Shown: positions 55,213-64,000, numbered from the stretch's first letter. The stretch is DNA of 64,000 nt from an uncultured Gammaproteobacteria bacterium (GCA_964531275.1 CAZHDZ010000002.1:58180-122179), one strand, 5' to 3'. Numbers and translations: made by a program. The notes: generated by a model from the letters alone, not told the origin.

Positions 55213-55262
55213 GCAATTAGTATAGTTGAAACTAAAACTTTAAGACAAGAAGGGAGGGGCTG

Positions 55263-55381
55263 GTGCCCGAGAGAGTGGTTCGACAGGCTCACCATTTGAA
55301 AAGAGTTCTTAATAAGTGCCCGAGAGAGTGGTTCGACAGGCTCACCATTTGAAAAGAGTTCTTAATAAGTGCCCGAGAGAG
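55263..55381. repeat. 2 x 53-bp tandem repeat beginning with the tRNA-Leu 3' end and carrying a REP-like GGTTCGACAGGCTCACC hairpin
   Basis: Unit GTGCCCGAGAGAGTGGTTCGACAGGCTCACCATTTGAAAAGAGTTCTTAATAA at 55263 and 55316; the third GTGCCCGAGAGAG (55369) is the tRNA end. Confidence 0.9.
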
Positions 55382-55452
55382 GACTTGAACCTCCACACCA
55401 TTACTGGTACTAGTTCCTAAAACTAGCGTGTATACCATTTCACCACTCGGGC
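55370..55452 (-). tRNA. tRNA-Leu(TAG)
   Basis: GCCCGAG...CTAGT-TTTAGGA-ACTAG, long variable arm, GGTTCAAGTCC, CTCGGGCA. Confidence 0.95.
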
Positions 55453-55574
55453 GTATCATAGTTGCCGAGTGTAGTGATCACTCGGGCAAAAAACTCAGCC
55501 ATATGGCCGTAAGGGATATTATAACTTAAAAAACGGAGAATTTTAATCACCAACCACTAGCCACCAACCACCAA

Positions 55575-56099
55575 TTAAATAGTTAGCTCCAGGCTGTGCA
55601 TTCCAAGACGTGCATATTCAGCCTCAATTTTATTCATAAAGAATCTAATTCTAGGAGCCCATGTAGGGCTTTCAGAATAAATTGGCGCTATAGACTCAAC
55701 GGTAGTTGCACCACGTGATGCGTACTTTGTTTTAAGGGCACCGAGAACAGTAGTAATACCATCCTCTACAGATTCAAAGTAAATATGACCCCCGCCCCAC
55801 CCATAGGAGTTATGTGATCCAGGCATTTGATGAAGCCCAAAAGATGACTCAAGTCCAGCAATAGCAGGAAGAAGTCTCCAGTCCATTTCATTCTTATCCG
55901 CTTCCTCAATATAGTAAGCAGCATATGGAGCCAAGGGTGAATTATACCGTTCTAATACATTTTGCAGGGCTACTACCCTCATGTCTTTAGACTGAATAGC
56001 CAAGACCTGTGTATTAGGTACAGTTGTTGCTGCAGATACAGTTGCAGCGTTAACCGCAAATATAGCTGTCATTATGAACAGTGTTATGATTTTTTTCAT
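55575..56099 (-). CDS. Secreted lysozyme-like/glucosaminidase-domain protein
   Basis: Signal peptide from MKKIIT; YNSPL...DWRLLPAIAGLESSFG...NSYGWG. Confidence 0.75.
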   Translation of the reverse strand: MKKIITLFIMTAIFAVNAATVSAATTVPNTQVLAIQSKDMRVVALQNVLERYNSPLAPYAAYYIEEADKNEMDWRLLPAIAGLESSFGLHQMPGSHNSYGWGGGHIYFESVEDGITTVLGALKTKYASRGATTVESIAPIYSESPTWAPRIRFFMNKIEAEYARLGMHSLELTI

Positions 56100-56282
56100 A
56101 TTTGGGAAAACCTTTGGGGGTTGTCCTAAATATGAGTCTTGGTGAAGATCCAAGACCAAAGAGGATTACCAAAAAAAAATCCTAAAGTAGTTTTGGGCTA
56201 CCTTAGGATCTAAAGTGTATTATAGACTATTACTATGAGTCTGTCAAGGGGTAAACTATAGGTTACTTATTGCAGTTTGAGG

Positions 56283-56930
56283 CTAAATTTCGTCTTTGAG
56301 GCGAGTCATTATCATATTTACGGTATTTTCCCACTTCCCAGTGTCTGATGGAGTGTATTTTCTTACAATTTGGGAAGGGGTCTCATAACCCTTTGCGACG
56401 TATTTTTTTGCCAAGGTCTCTGTGATAACTCTAATTGCATGATCATAATCATTAAATCTCGTTACCTTGCCTCCATAAATGCCAAATCCCCAACAGTTAT
56501 TTGAGCCTGAAATAACTTTCTTGCATAGTGTACTTTCTTGCATCGCAATCGCTGGAAGCAATCTGTAGTCGATATTGTGTGAATCAGCCTCCTCTATGAT
56601 TGTCTTGGCATGCCCTTCTAAGGGTGAATTATATTCTGCAAAAAATTCGTCTAAGGCCTCTTCTCTTCCATCTTCTGAAGTAATCTCCACAGTGCTTACA
56701 GCACCTGCTACTGGAACAGCCTGAAATTTCGGCTTATGTTGTTGTCTTGAGATATACCCATTACCCTCGTATTTCACTGAAAGAGAGAAAAGCATGAGTA
56801 TTACGATAAAAAGGGGAATTGCTGAAAGATAGGAAAAAATGAAAAAAGCCTTTTTATATTTGAATTTTGGCGGATTTTGAGGCTCTTGAGGTGAAGGCAA
56901 TTGAGATACTGAAGAATCCTGAACTTCCAT
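56283..56930 (-). CDS. Membrane-anchored lysozyme-like/glucosaminidase-domain protein (paralogue of its neighbour)
   Basis: TM helix; YNSPL...DYRLLPAIAMQESTLCK...NNCWGFG; start uncertain (56930-56990). Confidence 0.75.
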   Translation of the reverse strand: MEVQDSSVSQLPSPQEPQNPPKFKYKKAFFIFSYLSAIPLFIVILMLFSLSVKYEGNGYISRQQHKPKFQAVPVAGAVSTVEITSEDGREEALDEFFAEYNSPLEGHAKTIIEEADSHNIDYRLLPAIAMQESTLCKKVISGSNNCWGFGIYGGKVTRFNDYDHAIRVITETLAKKYVAKGYETPSQIVRKYTPSDTGKWENTVNMIMTRLKDEI

Positions 56931-57050
56931 AACGTAAATTATCATGTGAAAATATTTAAAGCAAGAATATAAAGTCACTCGTAGTGACACAAACTGATAT
57001 ATAATAATTTTGATTTGCCCGGATGATCGCTACATCCGGGATGAAAGTTG

Positions 57051-57136
57051 GCCCGGATGGTGAAATGGTATACACGCAGTGTTCAGAACGCTGTAAGGCA
57101 AGCCTTGTGGAGGTTCGAGTCCTCTTCCGGGCACCA
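57051..57136 (+). tRNA. tRNA-Leu(CAG)
   Basis: GCCCGGA...CAGTG-TTCAGAA-CGCTG, variable arm, GGTTCGAGTCC, TCCGGGCACCA. Confidence 0.95.
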
Positions 57137-57241
57137 AGCTTTGCTTGGTGTAACCTCAGCTTAGCTGAGGCACACTATATAGGCATTCCTTTGCTCGCAA
57201 AAAAGATGGTTTGAGTCCGAGTTTCTCCCTGCCCCAGATGT

Positions 57242-58702
57242 ATGCAGTTCACTTCTTTTAACTTTCTTATTTTCTTCTTAGCCAATGCGTTGATTTTTCA
57301 CCTGTTACCAAAGCAAAAACTGAGAATTGCACTCTTACTTGCCTCAAGTACACTCTTCTATGCCTTCTACAAAGTTGAATATGTTCTCATTATCTTTCTT
57401 ATAGTATTGATCGATTTTTATGGCGGAAAATTTATTAATCAAGCAAAAAAGGCAAAGCATAGGAAGGCGCTTCTTATAGTAGCTATTTCTCTTAATTTGT
57501 TACTTCTTTGTTACTTTAAATACTTTAATTTTTTGCTAGGAACCGTTATGGACTTGTCCCATGTCATTAATGCAGGAGTTAAATTTGACCTCATTTCTTT
57601 ACTTTTACCTCTAGGAATTTCATTTCATACATTTCAAGGACTTAGCTATCTTGTTGAGGTCTATAAAAAAAGATACAAACCCGAGCGCAATATCATGATC
57701 TTTTCCCTATATATACTCTTTTTTCCCCAGCTTGCAGCAGGACCCATAGAGCGTCCGCAGGCACTCATACCTCAATTTAAAATGAAACAAAAATTTAACA
57801 AAGATGAAGCTGCAAGTGGTCTAAGACTTATCTTGTGGGGAGTATTTAAAAAGCTCTTAATAGCAGACAGGATTGCAGTGTTTATAAATCCAATTTTCGC
57901 AAATCCTGCTTCATTTAATGGATTTACCCTTCTTTTAGTTGTTTTTCTCTTCGGTTATCAAATATATTGTGATTTTTCAGGTTATACAGATATGGCACGA
58001 GGAGTTGCACGCTTATTCGGGATAAAGCTTGTAAGAAATTTTAACTACCCATACGCGAGCGCTTCTCCTGCGGAATTTTGGAATAGATGGCATATGTCAC
58101 TCTATTCGTGGTTCCGTGACTACATTTACATTCCCCTTGGTGGGAGCAGAGTCTCCACTATAAAGCGTTACCGTAACATATTGGTTGTTTTTGCACTGAG
58201 TGGATTGTGGCATGGAGCTTCATGGCATTTTGCTATATGGGGGTTATTGAACGGTCTGTATGTGGCCTGCTCTGCTCTTATCAGTAATAAATTAGGGAAG
58301 TTAGAATTTCCAGGGAGAAAATTTCTCTGCATAGCTCTTACCTTTGTATTAATTCAGCTCACATGGGTTTTCTTTAGAGCTTCATCTTTAGGTCAAGCAT
58401 TTAGTATTCTAGAAAGTATATTTTCATCCCTATTAAATTTAGCAGCTTACCCTTCCCAAATTAATCAGGCTCTTGTTAACGTATTCTCAAAAGAAGCAAC
58501 TTTTGGACAAGCAGGAATATTGTTATTTTTAATTGTATTTCTTGAAACGGTGCAATATTTTGCAAGAAATACGCCCATAATTAGTAAATTCCCAAAATAT
58601 CCAATTATTGTTCGGTGGGCAACGTATTATTTATTACTGCTTCTCATAATGTCTCTTGGTGTTGATATTCCTAACGTTAATTTTATTTACTTTACATTTT
58701 AA
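57242..58702 (+). CDS. MBOAT family O-acyltransferase (AlgI/PatA/DltB-like)
   Basis: LPLGISFHTFQ, FFPQLAAGPIER, YCDFSGYTDMA, EFWNRWHMSL, SGLWHG. Confidence 0.92.
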   Translation: MQFTSFNFLIFFLANALIFHLLPKQKLRIALLLASSTLFYAFYKVEYVLIIFLIVLIDFYGGKFINQAKKAKHRKALLIVAISLNLLLLCYFKYFNFLLGTVMDLSHVINAGVKFDLISLLLPLGISFHTFQGLSYLVEVYKKRYKPERNIMIFSLYILFFPQLAAGPIERPQALIPQFKMKQKFNKDEAASGLRLILWGVFKKLLIADRIAVFINPIFANPASFNGFTLLLVVFLFGYQIYCDFSGYTDMARGVARLFGIKLVRNFNYPYASASPAEFWNRWHMSLYSWFRDYIYIPLGGSRVSTIKRYRNILVVFALSGLWHGASWHFAIWGLLNGLYVACSALISNKLGKLEFPGRKFLCIALTFVLIQLTWVFFRASSLGQAFSILESIFSSLLNLAAYPSQINQALVNVFSKEATFGQAGILLFLIVFLETVQYFARNTPIISKFPKYPIIVRWATYYLLLLLIMSLGVDIPNVNFIYFTF

Positions 58703-59602
58703 ATGGGTTTTATATACAGATTTATTACTTTTTTTGCGATTTTTGGACTTCTTGTGTATCTGATAGTGGGAATTCTGGAATTTTCTGTCGATCTTTATAG
58801 AAATTCCGATATAAGCGTGTTGCATGAGATACGAGAAAATAGAAGTTACGATACGCTTCTTATGGGCACATCTCATGCACGGATGCTTGGGATAAGTGGT
58901 CACAAAAAGGATGTTCAGGATATATTAGGAAAAAAAATTCTTTTGCTTGCCAATAATGGTAGCGGAATTTTGCCTCAAAAATTATACTTGGAGATTTTTT
59001 ATGAGGATTACAATAAAGCTGACACAATTGTCTATTTTATTGATCCCTGGGTCTTTTACAGTAAAGATTGGAATGAAAACAACTACTACATTACAGATGA
59101 GGTTTTTCGATTCGACTATTTAACTAAGATTATCGCGAATAAATTTAGTGGTTCTGTTGTCAAAGAATACTTGCGAAAAAAGCTTTCATATAAGCTTTTT
59201 ATATATCCGATACCAAGATCGATAGTTCATTTAGATTCAATAAATGACAAAGATTATTCAGGTCTTAAAGAATTTCAAAAAGAGAGGGTGAAGCTATGGT
59301 ACCCCCAAGGTACGGACAAACAAAATTTTGAGCGCTATTCTCATGAGCTCGAAAAGATTATTATTCTGGCAAAAAAGAATAATACTAAGGTTGTTTTTAT
59401 TCTTCCCCCTTCTCTCCTTTCGGAATTGCCTGGTCAGAAGGAAGTAACTAGCTATATGAATACGCTTACTAAAAAATACGGTGTATCTTTCCATGATTAT
59501 TCGAAAACTGTTACGGATAGATCTATGTATCTGAATGCAGACCACTTGAATAAGAAAGGGGCGCTTTATTTTACAAAAGAATACTTGCTTAAAATTCTTT
59601 GA
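58703..59602 (+). CDS. SGNH-like acyltransferase partner (AlgJ/PatB/DltD-like)
   Basis: N-terminal TM, GTSH serine motif, C-terminal NADHLN..GA; coupled to the MBOAT gene. Confidence 0.75.
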   Translation: MGFIYRFITFFAIFGLLVYLIVGILEFSVDLYRNSDISVLHEIRENRSYDTLLMGTSHARMLGISGHKKDVQDILGKKILLLANNGSGILPQKLYLEIFYEDYNKADTIVYFIDPWVFYSKDWNENNYYITDEVFRFDYLTKIIANKFSGSVVKEYLRKKLSYKLFIYPIPRSIVHLDSINDKDYSGLKEFQKERVKLWYPQGTDKQNFERYSHELEKIIILAKKNNTKVVFILPPSLLSELPGQKEVTSYMNTLTKKYGVSFHDYSKTVTDRSMYLNADHLNKKGALYFTKEYLLKIL

Positions 59603-59663
59603 GTTGTGCTCGCAATTGGTATATATTTAGAATAGATTGTATTAGGAAGGGAGGTGAGAATTT

Positions 59664-60071
59664 ATGATGGGTGTAAATATGTTAGCCGTTCTTGTTTGTG
59701 CGGTTATTAGCATGGTTATTGGTTCTGTTTGGTATGGGCCTCTTTTTGGGAAAAAATGGATGAAGCTCGTTTCTTTTACAAAAGAAGAAATGGAGAAAAA
59801 CAAAAAGGAAATGCCAAAAACATACAGCATGATGTTTGTAGGTTCAATTGTGACTTCGTTCGTGCTTGCTGTAGTTATTGGTATGGCGCCAGAACCTTCT
59901 GCAGCCGCAGGGGTAACCGGTGCTTTTTGGCTCTGGCTAGGATTTATAGTTGCTCCAAAACTTTCTGAAGTGCTTTTTGAAAAGAAGGCTTGGATGCTCT
60001 TCTATATCGAGTGTGGGTATTATCTCGCATTTTTAGCCGTAGCTGGAGTTATTTTAGGTTCTTGGAGGTAG
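59664..60071 (+). CDS. DUF1761 family membrane protein
   Basis: N.LAV.V.A...M.IG.VWYGPLFGKKWM motif. Confidence 0.8.
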   Translation: MMGVNMLAVLVCAVISMVIGSVWYGPLFGKKWMKLVSFTKEEMEKNKKEMPKTYSMMFVGSIVTSFVLAVVIGMAPEPSAAAGVTGAFWLWLGFIVAPKLSEVLFEKKAWMLFYIECGYYLAFLAVAGVILGSWR

Positions 60072-60128
60072 ATACTTAAGATCGTTGCTAAGGATGTGCT
60101 TTTTTAGTACAATAAAGCTCGATCTTTT

Positions 60129-60211
60129 GGGCTTGTGGTGAAATGGTATACACGCAGCCTTGAGGTGGCTGTGCCAGTAATGGTGTGGAGGTTCAAGTCC
60201 TCTCAAGCCCA
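60129..60211 (+). tRNA. tRNA-Leu(GAG)
   Basis: GGGCTTG...CAGCC-TTGAGGT-GGCTG, variable arm, GGTTCAAGTCC, CAAGCCCA. Confidence 0.95.
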
Positions 60212-60237
60212 CCGCTTAGTTCAAACCGAAAGTACCA

Positions 60238-60313
60238 GGGTCCTTAGCTCAGCTGGTAGAGCGCTTCATTTACACTGAAGATGTCAGGGGTTCGAGCCCT
60301 CTAGGGCCCACCA
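60238..60313 (+). tRNA. tRNA-Val(TAC)
   Basis: GGGTCCT...CTTCA-TTTACAC-TGAAG...GGTTCGAGCCC..AGGGCCCACCA. Confidence 0.95.
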
Positions 60314-60377
60314 AGCTTAGCTTGGTGTTAGGTCAGCTTAGCTGACCCACCATCAGGCAAAGTAGTTTGACCAGTAT

Positions 60378-60450
60378 GCCAAGATTGCCAAGTTGGTCAA
60401 GGCGCGTGTCTGAAGAACACGTTATCCGGGTTCGATTCCTGGTCTTGGCA
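60378..60450 (+). tRNA. tRNA-Phe(GAA)
   Basis: GCCAAGA...CGTGT-CTGAAGA-ACACG...GGTTCGATTCC..TCTTGGCA. Confidence 0.93.
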
Positions 60451-60673
60451 CAAAAAAAGTGCATTTTTTTGCACAAAATTGAAATTTAAATAGTTAGCCA
60501 CGCCTTGCGATGGTTAACAAAAGGTGTATACAGAACACCTGCGGCGGTGGCGAAAGTCATATTGAAAATTAAAGAAAAGTGCGACGGTGAGCGGAAGGTG
60601 TTATAAAATGCACCTGCGGCGGTGAGAACCTTGCTTTTAGCAAGGACCTCGCCACCACAAAATTGAAAATTTT

Positions 60674-60745
60674 GCGGCGGTAGTTCAGTGGTAGAACGCT
60701 TCCTTGCCAAGGAAGAGGTCGCCAGTTCAAGTCTGGTTCGCCGCT
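60674..60745 (+). tRNA. tRNA-Gly(GCC)
   Basis: GCGGCGG...CTTCC-TTGCCAA-GGAAG...AGTTCAAGTCT..TCGCCGCT. Confidence 0.93.
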
Positions 60746-60885
60746 CATCACACTTTCTCTGGCATACCGCTCGCCCTGTCCGCTCAGCGGACTGCTACGC
60801 AGCACACCGAAGGTCTCGCCGCTTATAAGCCTCTTTCCTCTTGTTTTTGACTGTCATTTTTCATATCCTAGACTTTACTACTCCT

Positions 60886-61332
60886 ATGAGGATCTCAAGC
60901 CCAGCCTTTACCGACAATGGTAAAATGCCCTTAAAATACACGTGTGATGGAGCTGATGTAAATCCTCCCTTAGCATTTGAAGATGTCCCTGAAGAAGCGC
61001 AAAGCCTTACCCTTCTTGTCGAAGACCCTGATTCTGTGGGAAAAACATGGTTACATTGGGCAGTATTCAATATAAATCCCGCTACTAAATACGTGAATGA
61101 GGATTCAGTGCCTGGCCATGGAAGTGAAGGAGTTACTGATTTTGGAAACGCTTCGTATGGAGGTCCCTGTCCGGCAAATGGAATTCACAGGTATAATTTC
61201 AAGCTTTTTGCTTTAGCTGACCGTCTTGACATAACAGAAGACGCTACGCTTGATGAAATCTATGATCTTATGGACGGAAATATAATTGAAAAAGCTGAAA
61301 TAACAGGGTTGTATTCTCGAGAAGAAGCTTAG
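60886..61332 (+). CDS. YbhB/YbcL family (PEBP, Raf kinase inhibitor-like) protein
   Basis: YTCDG.DVNPPL, EDPD...WLHW, YGGPCP...HRY.F.LFAL. Confidence 0.9.
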   Translation: MRISSPAFTDNGKMPLKYTCDGADVNPPLAFEDVPEEAQSLTLLVEDPDSVGKTWLHWAVFNINPATKYVNEDSVPGHGSEGVTDFGNASYGGPCPANGIHRYNFKLFALADRLDITEDATLDEIYDLMDGNIIEKAEITGLYSREEA

Positions 61333-61706
61333 TGTAGATCTGTTCTTTCGTCGTGTATTTTGTCATGCCATCCCTCCATTAATTTAATCTCATCTCCCTG
61401 CGTTTTGATGATCGCATCTGAAAGTGTTTTTATTTCAGTCATTTCCGCATTCTCTTTGGCCATTTTTGCCATTTCAATTGCTCCGGCATGGTGCATGATC
61501 ATTTCGTGTAAAAATTCATTGTCAAATTCCTTGCCCTTTTTATTTTTAAGAGCTGTCGTCATGCCATCCATTACCATTTCGTTATGTGTTGGTTCTGCAT
61601 GCGACGCCTTTACTCTTCCACTCCAGTAGGATCCTGCTGCAAACCATGTAAGTATTGCGCCAGCAGCAAACGCGGCGATTATAAAGAAAATGTAATTACG
61701 CTTCAT
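61329..61706 (-). CDS. DUF305 (CopM-like) metal-binding helical protein
   Basis: FDNEFLHEMIMHHAGAIEMA...IIKTQ..EI..M..W. Confidence 0.85.
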   Translation of the reverse strand: MKRNYIFFIIAAFAAGAILTWFAAGSYWSGRVKASHAEPTHNEMVMDGMTTALKNKKGKEFDNEFLHEMIMHHAGAIEMAKMAKENAEMTEIKTLSDAIIKTQGDEIKLMEGWHDKIHDERTDLH

Positions 61707-64000
61707 AGGTTAACGCTTTCCGGAAAATACTTCCTTCTTATCAGCTTGTAAATTTCTGTCACTGCAACAAAAATAACAATACCTGAAAGAAGCTTAAGCC
61801 AGTCTATCACACCAAGTGATACTTGTTCAAATACTCCGCTTAAGAAAGGCAAATACATCCCGAAAAGAAGCAAGCTGAATGAGGTGGCAACACCCAGAAT
61901 TAAGCTTTTGTTGTTAAAGATGTCTTTCCTAAAAAGAGAAGTTGCGGTTGACCGGGCATTGAACGCCTGAGTCAGTTGCGCAATTACAAGCATCGCAAAT
62001 GCCATTGTTCTGGCTTTTTCAATTGCTGCGCCGCTTGCCATTTCAAAAAGAAACACAAACAGCATAAGTGCAGCCATTAATGCACCATGAAAGACTATGA
62101 AGATTATATCTGCGCGTCTAAATATCCCTTTTTTAGTATCACGTGGAGGCTTTTCCATAGTATTCTTTTCTAGTTCATCAAAACCCAGAGCAAGAGCAGG
62201 TGGTGTATCCGTAACTAAATTGAGCCATAGAATCTGCACAGGAGTAAATGGCAAGGGAATACCCGCAAGTGTTGCAATAAGAATGGAAATAACATTACTG
62301 ATATTGCAAGAGAGCAAATATCTGACAAATTTGCGTATGTTAGCAAATATCCTCCTACCCTCCTCGACGGCACTGACAATAGTTGCAAAATTATCATCAG
62401 CAAGAACAATATCTGCTGCTTGACGGGTAACATCTGTACCTTCTTTGCCCATTGCAACTCCTACGTTTGAATGTTTTATAGCTGCTGCATCATTAACCCC
62501 ATCTCCGGTCATAGCAACGACATATTTCATTCTACGAAGTGCATTAATAAGCATTAATTTATTCTCAGGACTTACACGCGCAAAAACCTTAGGAAAAGGA
62601 TGCAGATTCGTTATCTGTTGCTCGTCTAATTTGTCCAATTCATCCCCAGTCATTACTTCATCTTTCTGTGGGTCAAAAAATCCAAGACCTGCTGCGATAT
62701 TTGCAGCCGTTGCTGGATGATCACCTGTTATCATCATGACCTGAATTCCTGCTCTCCTACACTCCTCTACTGCTTTTTTTGCCTCAGGTCTAGCAGGGTC
62801 AAGAACGCCAACAAGGCCCAAAAAAATCATTTCCTGTTCTATTGTTTCAGGTTCCACATCGGCAGGAAGAGAGGTAAGATCTTTATAGGATATCGCAAGC
62901 ACGCGAAGCCCCCTACTTGCCATATCGGTATTTATTTGTTTGAATTTATTTCTCTTCTCCGAAGACATGCTTACGACTTTTCCGTCTTCTCGTATATACG
63001 TACACACATCTAATACTTCCTCAGGTGCTCCTTTTGTTAGAACCACAGTCTTTTCCTCGGGGTTTTTGTGTATGACGCTCATTCTTTTGCGGTCACTATC
63101 AAATGGCAGCCCCTCAATAAATGGCCATTTTGTTTCAAGAACTTCACGCTTCACATCCAGTTTGTGGGCAAGAACCTGCAAAGCAATTTCTGTGGGGTCA
63201 CCTACTGCATCCCAAACCCCATCTTCGTCTTTCTGAAGAACAGCGTCATTGCAAAGAGCAAGTACGGTAAGGGTCATTAGTAAATCGGATGACAATTCTT
63301 TAACTGGTTGATCATCGGCATAGATTTCTCCATCAGGTGTCATGCCGCTTCCAGAGACTGTATGAAGCTTCTCTCCTACCCATAAGTCGGTTGCAACCAT
63401 TTTTCCCTCTGTTAATGTGCCTGTTTTGTCAGAACAGATTACATTTACAGCCCCCAACGTCTCAACGGCTGGAAGACTTCTAACAATTGCATTCCTCTTT
63501 GCCATATGCTGGACTCCGATTGCCATAGTAACGGTAACAACTGCAACAAGGCCCTCAGGAATGACCGCAACTGCAAGACTAATAACCGTGAAAAGAAGGT
63601 CGTGTAGATCTCGCCCCTGAAGGAGTCCAATGACGAAAATAAGAGAGCTTACTGATAAGGCTGCTATGACTAAATATTTGCCTAAGGAATTCAAGTTCTT
63701 TTGCAATGGCGTTGGTTTTTCATATGGGATTGCAAGTGTTGCAGCAATTCGTCCTATTTGAGTTGTTGCACCTACTTCAACTACTATCCCTTGCCCATTT
63801 CCAGCGGCTATAACAGTTCCCATAAAAGCCATATTAAGTTGGTCGCCTACCGATACCTTGTTCTCTATGATGTCTTCAGCATCTTTTTGGGATGGTGTAG
63901 ATTCTCCTGTCAAAACAGATTCATTTATTTCAAGACCAACAGACGTGAGCAGTCGAAGATCTGCCGGAATAATATCTCCTTCTTCAAGAATAACTATATC
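61703..64000 (-). CDS. Cation-translocating P-type ATPase (Ca2+/type IIA-like), 5'-truncated by window
   Basis: Frame open to the window edge (GDIIPADLR...ESVLTGES); IPEGL, DKTGTLT, KGAPE, TGDHP, GDGVND. Confidence 0.95.
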   Translation of the reverse strand, partial: DIVILEEGDIIPADLRLLTSVGLEINESVLTGESTPSQKDAEDIIENKVSVGDQLNMAFMGTVIAAGNGQGIVVEVGATTQIGRIAATLAIPYEKPTPLQKNLNSLGKYLVIAALSVSSLIFVIGLLQGRDLHDLLFTVISLAVAVIPEGLVAVVTVTMAIGVQHMAKRNAIVRSLPAVETLGAVNVICSDKTGTLTEGKMVATDLWVGEKLHTVSGSGMTPDGEIYADDQPVKELSSDLLMTLTVLALCNDAVLQKDEDGVWDAVGDPTEIALQVLAHKLDVKREVLETKWPFIEGLPFDSDRKRMSVIHKNPEEKTVVLTKGAPEEVLDVCTYIREDGKVVSMSSEKRNKFKQINTDMASRGLRVLAISYKDLTSLPADVEPETIEQEMIFLGLVGVLDPARPEAKKAVEECRRAGIQVMMITGDHPATAANIAAGLGFFDPQKDEVMTGDELDKLDEQQITNLHPFPKVFARVSPENKLMLINALRRMKYVVAMTGDGVNDAAAIKHSNVGVAMGKEGTDVTRQAADIVLADDNFATIVSAVEEGRRIFANIRKFVRYLLSCNISNVISILIATLAGIPLPFTPVQILWLNLVTDTPPALALGFDELEKNTMEKPPRDTKKGIFRRADIIFIVFHGALMAALMLFVFLFEMASGAAIEKARTMAFAMLVIAQLTQAFNARSTATSLFRKDIFNNKSLILGVATSFSLLLFGMYLPFLSGVFEQVSLGVIDWLKLLSGIVIFVAVTEIYKLIRRKYFPESVNL

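Noticed and set aside
53180-55381. 43-bp and 53-bp repeats as CRISPR arrays
   Set aside because: Only two copies each, identical along their whole length (no unique spacers), and no cas genes.
57023-57214. Track ORFs 57023-57214, 60486-60710 and 60569-60805
   Set aside because: They overlap tRNA genes; spurious.
57180-57237. Possible decayed tRNA 3' half (GAGTCCGAGTTTCTCCCTGCCCCA)
   Set aside because: Cannot be folded into a convincing T-arm/acceptor; left uncalled.
55370-60450. Leu/Phe tRNA genes as dedicated parts of the attenuated orphan-enzyme system
   Set aside because: They are canonical housekeeping tRNAs several kb away; proximity may be coincidental.

Overview
A 64-kb bacterial chromosomal window. 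It looks like Patescibacteria/CPR, probably Microgenomates-type; this is an inference from the editing-domain-less ThrRS, the PPIase-less trigger factor, the short PheT, DUF5660/DUF5665-like proteins and the giant surface protein. Bases 1-24.8 kb are the 3' part of one giant (>8250 aa) Gly/Thr/Ala/Asn-rich repeat protein ending in two phage-like autoproteolytic chaperone domains. Next come further secreted/surface genes and the thrS-infC-rpmI-rplT-(NUDIX)-pheS-pheT operon. The most striking region is 42.5-51.6 kb (minus strand). There, four unannotated leader-peptide transcription attenuators with a shared architecture (Ile-rich, Leu-rich, Phe/Tyr-rich and one of unclear specificity) control ilvA-ridA, an acidic orphan, three orphan proteins that look like class-I aaRS/CDPS/BshC-type Rossmann folds (two of them clear paralogues), a dipeptide epimerase and an M20 peptidase. 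This is a candidate undescribed starvation-induced amino-acid or peptide salvage system. The right part holds trigger factor, a Ca/Na antiporter, two lysozyme-like proteins, an MBOAT/SGNH pair and a P-type ATPase. Most of the seven intact tRNAs are flanked by duplicated tRNA ends and GNA-loop mini-hairpin inserts. Family assignments are by eye from motifs; no database searches were run.
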